IMG/VR virus record: IMGVR_UViG_3300010149_000001
Coordinates: 17,677 to 81,676 of that record
DNA length: 64,000 nucleotides
Strand: one strand, 5' to 3'
Source of the DNA: a virus
In this document: positions 48,501-57,000 of the stretch, piece after piece
Layout of the letters: the number at the start of each line of letters is the position of its first letter
Position numbering within the stretch: position 1 is the stretch's first letter
The notes under the pieces: model-generated
Told to the model about the DNA's origin: nothing
Seen by the model: only the letters and a program-made list of their open reading frames with translations
The model's database searches: none
Position numbers and translations under genes: made by a program

Positions 48501-50615
48501 GAGACAACAAAAACCAGCACCACAGAAGTCGGCTGTTCGCCAATCTGGTTGGACTTTGAGATGAACGCTTGGATTCCTGTCCAGAAGGAACGCTACACCA
48601 TTATTGAGTTCGATACAGGTGTCCCACATGCTCTCGACGGCAAGCACACTCACAACACTCACTCTTGGGAGAGGTTTGGCAGAGGTGGATTCCAATACAC
48701 TCAGAGTCCAACCGCCGATTCATCATTATGGCAAGGATGGGGGAATGTTGGCAAGCCAAATGTCGGTAATCAGAATCACCAATGGAACACAGAAGTTTGG
48801 TTCTTTGGAGGCTCAGACATTATGGCAAACACAGCCTTTGATGCCCCAACCAATGGAGGATTCGCTAATTGGGGCGCATGGCCGTTTGCAGGGGCTGGGA
48901 ACTCTGGATTTGGACAGATGGGCAATCAGATAGGCACAGGTGGCTCAACGAGCATACAAGAGGGCTATCACTCTATGAGAGCCGTGTTTGCTGAGGATGG
49001 AATGTCATTCGTTCTTGATGGCACGACTGTTGGCAAAGACTTGAACAGCAACAACCCCGTCTGGGGCTTGTCAATTATCACAGGAAACCTCCACATGAGA
49101 GGTGTCAACGGTGGCAACAATCCAATCATTGATGAGCGACAACGCCAGATGTGGTGGAGTGGCGAAGCGGTCAACAAGACCGACGCTGACTTGATGATTG
49201 ACAGCATAAGTCTCAGACACATTCCAACACCAGCGATGTTGCCATTCACGGTTGACACGGTGAATCAACAAATTGCAGGTGTCAGCAAATACACAGCGTT
49301 GACTGTCGAGGCAGAGAATGTCAAGCCAAGCAAGAACATGAACATAACAGTCTCGATATGTCCCGTTGTCAACAATGTTCCAACAGTAGCAGGTATCAAT
49401 CTCAGACAGGTTGAAGGTGGCACTCCATACACGAACTTTGACAACCTCAGTCTGGACTTTGTTGGAGGATATGGGAGTGTTGATTTGGAGAGTCTGCCAG
49501 CAGATGCAATCACCAATGGATTCGTTATTCGGTTCAATTTCACAGTTCCATCATCAGCAGATGCAGACTTGCATCCTGTGGATTGGTCAACGACTCCAAT
49601 CATTCGCTCTTGGTCTCTGGAACACGACATCGCACCAACGACCACTCTGAGCGTGATAGGCAACACATTCAACGGCGATGCAACACCTCCAATTGACACA
49701 AAAGTGGGACACATTATCTCATTCAATGCGGCTGGACAAACAACAGACGAGGACAGAGTTCTGACGGCATTCAAGTTTGACTTTGGCGATGGTGTCATCA
49801 CAGAATATCTGGATTTGTCAGACCAAACTCAACAGTTCAATACCATGAACACGGCTCACTCATATCTGACGGCTGGAACATACAACGCAAGCGTGTATGT
49901 CAAGGATGATAACGGCAACGAATCTCAATCTGCCACAGTTCAAATCATCGTAGCAAATGCACCTCCTGTTGCCGTATTGAAGTCAATACCTTCTCTGACT
50001 CGCTCTGGAACTGCGATAACTTTGGATGCAACCGATTCCTTTGACATCAATGCTGGAGGAACAATCTCGACATACACATTCACATTTGGCGACGGGTCAA
50101 CCGCTGTCAGCAACGCATCTGGAGTGGTTCAACACACTTATGCGGTGGCTGGTGAGTATCAAGCCACACTCGTTTGCACAGACAGCGACGGTGCTACATC
50201 TCAGACAGCAAGTGCGGTCATCAAGGTCTTGCCAGCGACTCTCGTGATTCCTCTGACATTCAACATCAGACCAACAGCATTCCAACGCACCAGAGCCGCC
50301 TCAATGAACCAGACAGCGGTTCTTGATGCAACATACCCAGAGATGACAGACACAGGCCAGAGAAGCGACGAGATGAGCCTTTCTGGAATGTTCCTTCACA
50401 GCACAGCCAATTCTGACATTCTATTCGTTGAGGACTTGATGTTGGCTGGCTCTTTGGTTGAGTTCCTGTATGAAGATGTTGACTATTCTGGCAACCCATC
50501 TGGCAAGACATTCGTTGGCAGAATCACCACATTCGATTATGAGCGTGAGGGCGGCAATCAAGGTCAGACTCCATACACCATCACGATGGTTCGTGAAGCA
50601 GGTCTTGGTGTCTGA
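45504..50615 (+). CDS. Giant tail-tip protein with two PKD domains and a C-terminal Dit/gpU-like domain
   Basis: FDFGDG...HSY..AGTY and FTFGDG...HTY..AGEY; located right after the tape measure gene. Confidence 0.75.
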   Translation: MATFKQDIIAPFSRRLNGLCEIQKWFPAYIKNDGVYGISVDPVLFSTTFNPNLKALTGDGLDDESRTAGIRVEMINHDGSTPSGTPTIQILGSGTLDARCVITWEDNSKTEFRFVAPSGDVKLANVYGMQNHAGAGGMEQGIDTSPDTPTMNYSAGPYPVFITLQEFASWLDGNINRFDKAFVDAAGLIFSDQSTKDAWLPFGLITPTTSSNPEAHLDPRIDSNNNDPIPYQSKMCATLWMPMLYDNNQMEKTQGSGTSNDIVQGAWDGSAAEDGSNNTNTYRNMYDEGMTRYSQQPEDGAEYKWINDAGDLRTGEYANIPRNDPIMNPANQFDYINNDITPAASASANPSFRMRSALACFLADGTYNLIGGSIIPYVYDDTRKIGGRDGTTVYSVWNGQGGKDLTNTELLNVDTDKMSSAQIHPLYDFIQGPLCPPAQGWNWDNDLNYNWLEWLNMTTALRSNRIEYDAGDWDNAVQNATTRVQPRSGVCRPNPIRAKIYAAQQVSSAGTNTITTSGSAVMVMEVFVEAHPNAAKENVWKVGMPIHMKFASGIFAEKVDSNDNPLIRNIKGTAGFMTLDTGLAGVNPLPNFSMTRYPSTTSEIGGANTTSTGDNFWSGRNGWWIINQITTLTNEPKSDIVSGATGSFTGVKLSFVVNATNDTGNPTNMRMGVETPSSYISQGIMGGSEMVYGGKWEYGGTPITHDGWKQTNLNQNGITPYGQPALSPAGTAPRLGSRRQMGMNKYCIVPVGYNSEGARMEGLGTGVGFDGGIAGASNVPAYANQQWRFPNAVCLDPASLYLGSLDGYNETFPQPSPRSTLLTSGDSDGLVNIPTANSYSGNILRLSAPQTFGHANMYYSVSQPEDLSFGTFYIAGDFPLLGAPVNDDAFGDNWEAWKHTNPEGYDDTQYQTYQGSKFGNSPRWMNKSLTLLLMSKFDQATGRHAHDYIKPSMPSNGRNMVWPIHERVGTKKGYGNFQTIQSWGAENKDKTIVGNRTIGETTKTSTTEVGCSPIWLDFEMNAWIPVQKERYTIIEFDTGVPHALDGKHTHNTHSWERFGRGGFQYTQSPTADSSLWQGWGNVGKPNVGNQNHQWNTEVWFFGGSDIMANTAFDAPTNGGFANWGAWPFAGAGNSGFGQMGNQIGTGGSTSIQEGYHSMRAVFAEDGMSFVLDGTTVGKDLNSNNPVWGLSIITGNLHMRGVNGGNNPIIDERQRQMWWSGEAVNKTDADLMIDSISLRHIPTPAMLPFTVDTVNQQIAGVSKYTALTVEAENVKPSKNMNITVSICPVVNNVPTVAGINLRQVEGGTPYTNFDNLSLDFVGGYGSVDLESLPADAITNGFVIRFNFTVPSSADADLHPVDWSTTPIIRSWSLEHDIAPTTTLSVIGNTFNGDATPPIDTKVGHIISFNAAGQTTDEDRVLTAFKFDFGDGVITEYLDLSDQTQQFNTMNTAHSYLTAGTYNASVYVKDDNGNESQSATVQIIVANAPPVAVLKSIPSLTRSGTAITLDATDSFDINAGGTISTYTFTFGDGSTAVSNASGVVQHTYAVAGEYQATLVCTDSDGATSQTASAVIKVLPATLVIPLTFNIRPTAFQRTRAASMNQTAVLDATYPEMTDTGQRSDEMSLSGMFLHSTANSDILFVEDLMLAGSLVEFLYEDVDYSGNPSGKTFVGRITTFDYEREGGNQGQTPYTITMVREAGLGV

Positions 50616-50748
50616 TATTCAGCCCGATACATCTGGAACTCAATGGTTTTGTCCACAGTATATGAAGGATTGACCGATTCTGGATTTAGGAACAAATCCA
50701 TTGAGATTCGGCAAAGCATTGATATACTGAAAGCGTCTGGTTGACAAC

Positions 50749-50991
50749 ATGGACACCGCACCAAACACCGACAACCGCACACCGAACCACCTCGCAAATT
50801 GGGGAACAGGCCAAGACAGAGTTCACCTCGCAAGTGTCCACACAGGATGCTGTGTTGGATGCAAAAAGAAAGTCTATGTCTGGTCGAGCAACGACCACGA
50901 AGCAAACATGACTGTTGATGAAGTCAAAGCAACCGACTTTGGACTTTGCTCTTTCGTCAGCAATTTTTGGCTTGACCGAATGACAAACTGA
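50749..50991 (+). CDS. Small hypothetical protein (early-type cassette)
   Basis: Full promoter element at 50687-50726. Confidence 0.7.
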   Translation: MDTAPNTDNRTPNHLANWGTGQDRVHLASVHTGCCVGCKKKVYVWSSNDHEANMTVDEVKATDFGLCSFVSNFWLDRMTN

Positions 50992-51059
50992 GCCGATTTT
51001 TAGGAACATAAGCATTGATATTTGGAAGGTATTATAAGGGGCAACCCCCAGCATTGACC

Positions 51060-51278
51060 ATGAGCGCAAAGACGAACCCCGCTGAAATGAAGTCCCTTGA
51101 GGAAGCCGCTGAATACCTAAAGACCCGAATCGCAGAAATCATCGCAGATGAAACTCCAGAATGTGAAGTGGGAACTGAAAACTGCAAAGGAACAGAAGCA
51201 GACCTTGTAGTATTCCACCACGACATTGGCGACACTCATTATTCATGCAAGTGCTGTGGCATTGGTTATTGGTATTGA
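51060..51278 (+). CDS. Small Cys-rich protein (early-type cassette)
   Basis: Full promoter element at 51000-51039. Confidence 0.7.
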   Translation: MSAKTNPAEMKSLEEAAEYLKTRIAEIIADETPECEVGTENCKGTEADLVVFHHDIGDTHYSCKCCGIGYWY

Positions 51279-51317
51279 ATCCCAACCGTGATAAGCCACG
51301 AGGGTTGACCTCAAGGC

Positions 51318-53150
51318 ATGGATGAGAACTCTCTGGAGAGGTTTCACCGACTCATCAGAGGCGGCTCAGATGGTGTCGTTGTCAATATGCCTCAAGGCAT
51401 TCTGGATGAGATTGAGAGGATGGGTTCAGACCCACGCAGACCCAAGACAGCAATCGCTCGCTGGGCATCTCAGACATGGTTGGAACATCAGCACGAAGCA
51501 ATCAGAAACGGCGAGAGCGTTGCTCTGGATGCGAGCCATGTTGAGAAGGAACTGATGGAACGCCCACAGCACTATCCAACGACTTGGGGCTTGGACATGA
51601 TTCCATTCCCAGATGACATTGGAGGTTGGGCTTTAGACAAGACGAATACGCTCTGCTACACATCTCTGAATACACCACGCCCATTTGACCCACATCTGTT
51701 CGATATGTCTAAGGCCATATCTGGTTCGCCAGATGGCAAATTGGGATTCGGTTATCATTATCAACACAAGTCTGGGATGGGAGAATTGTATGACATCACG
51801 ACCAGAAGAGGTGGCGGCGCAAGAGGTGGATTCGCATTCACGACGGGTCCGACTGAGGGCGCATATTCGTCAGCAGTTCTGCCACAGCCACAGTTCAATC
51901 TGGGTCGTCTGGGCTTCTCTAATGGCGGCTGGAATCCAGAAGGTCTCCAATGGACAAACAGACCCAAGAGAATGAAACTCAGCGGTCTGAGGAACGGCTG
52001 GGCGCATCGTGTGATATTCGCTCGCTCTCGTCAAGTCATGTTCAGAAACTTGTATGGCGACATGGATATTGTTGAAGCAGTTCCAAAAGCACCGACTGTT
52101 GTTCTGAATGGACTGACAGATGTTCACGGAGTTATTGGGGTCAATATGAAGAAAACTTTCAACGCACCGACTGAACTTGAAATAACAATCAACAATCCAA
52201 ACGGCAGAAGGACAGGAATGTTCAATCGAGGCGACACGATTCAGATATTTGCCGCACCAAGAACTTGGGCGAGTCCTCCTTTGGTTTTCACAGGATTCGT
52301 GTCAGAGATTGAAGAGTCAACCGATGAAATCAATCTGTTCTGTTTGGATTCTCTGGGGCTTCTGGGGCTTGAAATTATCAAGACCGACCAGAATTATTTC
52401 AAGGCAGATGCTCTGACTATCGCCAAAGACTTGATTGCCAATTCGGTCTATGCACCTCCGATTGGCAGAATCAAAAACGAGTCCAGAATAACTCTGCCTC
52501 AAGGTCTCAAGTTCAAAGGACAGAACCGCTTATCTGCGATTCAGACGATACTGAACATCATCAACAGCACACCAAACAAGTTCCAGATTTATGCAACATC
52601 AGACGGCTACATCACAGTCAGAAAACTGAAAGAGGTTTATGACACGAATACAACCCCCTATACGGCTGGAACTGTCCCAAGAACGGCTGACCCACAGGAC
52701 TTCTATCCAACGGCCATACAGAGGCTCTCTGGGGATAAAACAGGGTTCAATGTCGTCGTGGTTGAGAACAGCGATTTGAACATCAGCATCACCGTTCCAA
52801 AAGTCGGCTCTGACAGATTCCCTGCGATTCCTGTTGAGCGTGTTGTCCAAGACGGGTCAATCGTTGATGAGCAACAGGCCAGAATGGTTGGTGAATACTT
52901 CTTGAATACTCAAGGCTCAGACAACACCAGATGGATTGTTGAAGGAATCCCAGAACGGTTTGACATCGAGGTTGGAGATGTGATGGAGTTTGCATCGTCA
53001 GAGGGCAACCTGTCTGGTCGCCAACGCATCTTTGACATCTCGTGGGAATTGGGCGTTGGAACAAGCAACATGACGATGAATGTTGGCCGTCAAGCACCCG
53101 ATGTCATATCCACTCTCCAATACGCTCTGGGAATCTCGCAAGGTCGCTGA
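51318..53150 (+). CDS. Baseplate hub/Tal-like protein
   Basis: C-terminal half fits a hub fold (ITINNPNG, VFTGFV, IEVGDV); position in the tail module. Confidence 0.7.
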   Translation: MDENSLERFHRLIRGGSDGVVVNMPQGILDEIERMGSDPRRPKTAIARWASQTWLEHQHEAIRNGESVALDASHVEKELMERPQHYPTTWGLDMIPFPDDIGGWALDKTNTLCYTSLNTPRPFDPHLFDMSKAISGSPDGKLGFGYHYQHKSGMGELYDITTRRGGGARGGFAFTTGPTEGAYSSAVLPQPQFNLGRLGFSNGGWNPEGLQWTNRPKRMKLSGLRNGWAHRVIFARSRQVMFRNLYGDMDIVEAVPKAPTVVLNGLTDVHGVIGVNMKKTFNAPTELEITINNPNGRRTGMFNRGDTIQIFAAPRTWASPPLVFTGFVSEIEESTDEINLFCLDSLGLLGLEIIKTDQNYFKADALTIAKDLIANSVYAPPIGRIKNESRITLPQGLKFKGQNRLSAIQTILNIINSTPNKFQIYATSDGYITVRKLKEVYDTNTTPYTAGTVPRTADPQDFYPTAIQRLSGDKTGFNVVVVENSDLNISITVPKVGSDRFPAIPVERVVQDGSIVDEQQARMVGEYFLNTQGSDNTRWIVEGIPERFDIEVGDVMEFASSEGNLSGRQRIFDISWELGVGTSNMTMNVGRQAPDVISTLQYALGISQGR

Positions 53151-53151
53151 T

Positions 53152-53190
53152 TTAGGAACATAAGCATTGAGATGCCGATGTATTGATATA
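53152..53190 (+). promoter_or_regulatory. Early-type conserved promoter element driving the large ncRNA
   Basis: TTAGGAACATAAGCATTGAGAT...TATTGATATA; the first 19 nt are identical to 51000-51018. Confidence 0.75.
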
Positions 53191-53212
53191 GTAGTGGTTG
53201 TTCACATAGATT

Positions 53213-53967
53213 GTTGGGGGCGCAAACCCCCAGCCGAAGTGATACCTCCCGATGCGAGTCGGGGGGTGAATTGAAAGGCCAGACCAGCGAGATTTAACAC
53301 TCCCTGTGCGATACCCTAATGCGAAAGTTCTCATCATGCACTCCCTCCAGATACAGTCCCTCCATCATACTCTCTTATCCGCTTGGTCTGGCCGATGACA
53401 CTCAGAGGCTAAACTCCGAGTCCCGATTCAGCACCCCTCGTGGGATAAGTCTGCTACAACCTTTGCTGGGGGACAACGAGGGGGGCGAACCCTCCCTAAG
53501 CCGTGAAGAGGGTCGTTGCCTAAGAGGTCAAGGGCGTGAAGTCGGAACTTAGATTCCTTCACGATTCCTAATCTCACCGATACGGTTCTGGAAAAACCAG
53601 AAACGGGTTGCGACTGAAAGAAGCGTTAAACTGAGTTCTGGGATTTGTTCGCCCCAGATGAGTGTCTGCCCTCAGAGGGGGTCGTGGTAAGGGTGGCATA
53701 CCCACGACTTTCCAGATGAGGTCAATTCACGAAGCAGAGAACCCGCATCCAACATGGGGCGGCTCGTGGGTGGCTTAAAAATGAGAAAGACAAATCCAAG
53801 TCCTATCGGCCACTTTAGAGAGAGTTCTATGGTTGAGGCTGGGAACAGCCCCAATGGAACGGAGTCTTAGGCAGGGATGCCTCTGATAGACTCGCATGTA
53901 TAAGCGCAACCACTCAGATAATATCTGTGCTGGGTTGTGTCGCAACCTGCTTCTATCCTTCAATTCA
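53213..53967 (+). ncRNA. Candidate large (~755 nt) highly structured RNA
   Basis: No credible ORF; promoter at the right distance; more than 12 helices including several perfect 8-10-bp long-range pairings; GNRA tetraloops. Confidence 0.75.
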
Positions 53968-54009
53968 GACATCAACACTCACATAAACCCCCCAGAGCAA
54001 CGCATCAGT

Positions 54010-57000
54010 ATGACAGCACCCGCTATCACTCCAGCAACGGGTGTGCCAAAGTCAGCGGCTGACGCAGTTCCACCAATTGGCTCTCGTGGTTTGCCGTTCA
54101 CATGGGCTTTGGCAGATTGGCCGAGCGACACAGCACCCGTCGCTCTCCAATTCGCTTTGAATGAAATCCCCATTCAGAAAACGACAGACAGATTGGCTCT
54201 CTTCGATGAAACCATCTGGGCTGAAAAACAGATGAATCCAATTGGCGTGAGTGGAACATCAATTCAGTTTGAGCCAATTGCACCAACCGCATCATACATT
54301 GAAAGCACTTATGCAATCAATCAATTGGCAAATGTCAACCCAAGAACATTCCCACCAAGAGTCGCTGGTGCTGGAATCAATCAATCTCCACCATCTCTGA
54401 ATCACGGCAGAGGTTCTCTGGTATTTTCCTCCACTATCAACGGAGTATCGAAGTCAATATATGACCCAGCAAAAGTCAGAGGCTCTGCTCAATATCAAGG
54501 ATTATCATTCTCAAACTGCGGCAGATTTGTTGACCATCCAGAAGAGAACTACGCATCTGCTCGCCCAGCAAACCACTCGTGGGTCAAGGCGCAAGAAGGA
54601 TTCCAACCACATCTGCCAGCGTCATCGCTCGACTTTGGAACAGGAACAGTTCTCAAGGGCAACAACATCGAAACCGACCACGCCATTGGTGGTGTCGGAG
54701 ATGGTCAGCCCAATTGTTTGGACACCCAATATGTGGGCTTTCAGACGATAACATCAACCGTTGTCAAATCGGTCTCAGCGATACCGTCAAATGGACTTGG
54801 CAGTATCTATGGAGACTCACATAATTCAGTTCACTACACCAACCTCATTTGCTCAAATCTGGCGAATGATTTGGGTTATCCTGTGGAGATGGCGAATGGA
54901 GGAATACACCCCGTTCAATCCTATGAATACACTCGTCAGACTCATTGGTGCATCAATCTGGGAACTGCTCAGACAGCGTTGCGAGATGGCGTTGAAGCGT
55001 CATCTCCAGACGGCTTGACAAAAGCCAGCGGCTGGGTTGCACCTGCTGGGTTTGGGGTTGGCGCATACGACACCAATTCAGCATCTGCTGAGATGTCTCA
55101 AGCAAACCCAGCGGCTGGACTGTCGAGCAAGACTGAGACCATTCAACAGATAGTTCTCAACGACACATTCAGCGACGGTGCTTCTGGGCAAGTCCCAACC
55201 CCATCATCAACGCTGGGAGACATCACTCTGGGTGCAAGTGTTGTCCACGACACGGCTGGTCTGATTGGCTTTGAAGGGACAATCACAGCATCTGCTTTCT
55301 ATGCACCCACTAAGGACACAGACCCAACAGGAGTTCAAGGTGCAATCGCTCACGCATCTGGCAAAGGATATGCTGGATTGAATGTTCAAGTTCACTCTGG
55401 ATTCGGCATCAGAAGGAACAAAGGAGGCATGGGTCGTCTGGGCAACCCATACAGATACGGTTCTGATGGAACGCCTGTCAGAGTGATGACAGATGCCATG
55501 AAAACACACGCTATGAGAGGCGATGGCACAGAAGGAACTGCTGATGCAAACTGCAATCAGACTTGGTTCAGAACAGGGACAGTCGGAGTGAATAATTCAG
55601 CCGTTCCATCATCAGACCCAGATGGAATCCCAGCCATCGGAGACCCGCAACCCAAGCCAGCACCAGATTCCGTATTCCAACATTTCATGATTGGCGAAAC
55701 TCCAGAAAATGTCGGTGGAACTGATGGAAGAAAAATTATCGGGGCTAATATGCCAGCAAGCGGCATGTGCAACGAGATTCATAATTCCTATTCAACAGGC
55801 AAATGGATTGCCAATGGAGTGCCGACAAAAGTGCAAATTATACCTGTCATAACAGGGTATGAAGATATTCCTGTTTCAGTCGGTGCGGCCAAACTTGGTT
55901 TGTTCCCATCGGCACAGATTCAGATGTTCAGAAAGCCTCTGGTGGATTATCACATATTGGTCTCAATAACCGACAGCCCAGAGACCAGAGCAAACACAGA
56001 CCCAACAAATCCGTTTGATGGAGACCCAACCCAGAGGAATGTGCCAGACCCTCAGAGATTGAGTGCGAATGCTGACTATTCCAAGCAGGGCTGTGTCATC
56101 TATCATGGCATATTCAGAATTGACCCACAGACTCTGGAACAGATATTCATTGACATGAATGAACAGTCTGGAATGGTGTTTAACATGGATGCTGACGGCG
56201 GTGCGGTCTGCCCATCATCTGTGATTCCTCGCCACGACTATGGCAAGGTTGGAACTGTGCAACAGGGATGGGGATTGCATCAAGCAACACCATTCAGACC
56301 TATTGCTCTGACAGACAAATTGGGCAAAGTTCCTCGTCTGGGCGGTGCTATCGAGGGCGGTGGATTTTATCAGCGTGGAGGCATCTCTCACCTCTGGGAT
56401 GGGTGTGAATATGGTGGTGAGATATTCGTCGGTGCTGACTGTATCAAACCACACGAACTCCAGACATCAGCGGCCAATGGAACAAACGAGTTTGGTCAGC
56501 CAACATTCGGCATATTTGGCAACGGACAAATCTGGGCTGATGGCACAGGTGCGCCCAAGAGACCAACAGGAATGGAACTTTTCGTCTGGAGATATTCACC
56601 ACAGGATGACCCATTATACCCATCTGTTTCTGATGGCTACATGGCTATGAACAGCCTCACAGATGGTGCGAACAAGCATGGCATCCCATACACGCCAGCG
56701 ATGGACAACATCACTCCACAGCCAGCGTCATGGCATAAGCCCAGAACAGGCAATCTGGAGGGCGCAGTTTGGGCAATCCACGATTGGGTTATGCCACAGG
56801 TCGAACTGATGCGCTATCTGGGCAGAGAAGAAAAGACAGAGGCTGAACATTATGAAGTATCTGGCTCTCACACTTATCATCCAAGTCTGCATTGTTCCTC
56901 GCTCAGAGCGATGGATGACGGGCGATTCATGATGGCGGCTGTTCATGTTGACTACATCAAGACAGAAGCAGACTATCCAACGAATGAAATTAGTTATCCT

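Noticed and set aside
50687-53190. CRISPR mini-array made of TTAGGAACA repeats
   Set aside because: Repeats are hundreds to thousands of bp apart, occur in both orientations and sit at a fixed distance from starts, so they behave as promoters.
53498-53588. Group II intron domain V resemblance (AGCCGTG...TACGGTTC)
   Set aside because: Spacing is about 90 nt versus about 34 nt, with no domain VI, no interrupted gene and no RT gene.
53348-53616. Group I intron P7-like pair: S-like CAGATACAGTCC (53348-59) and R-like GCGACTG (53610-16) in permuted order
   Set aside because: I could not place P3, P4, P6 and P9 consistently (P/Q-like segments are out of order), and the R-like segment has a stronger 10-bp partner at 53939-48. 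Worth a permuted CM search but not supportable now.
53319-53978. Short ORFs within the large ncRNA region, and the 53896 upstream start of the giant gene
   Set aside because: No start at the promoter-predicted position, atypical composition, and a late-type box supports ATG 54010.
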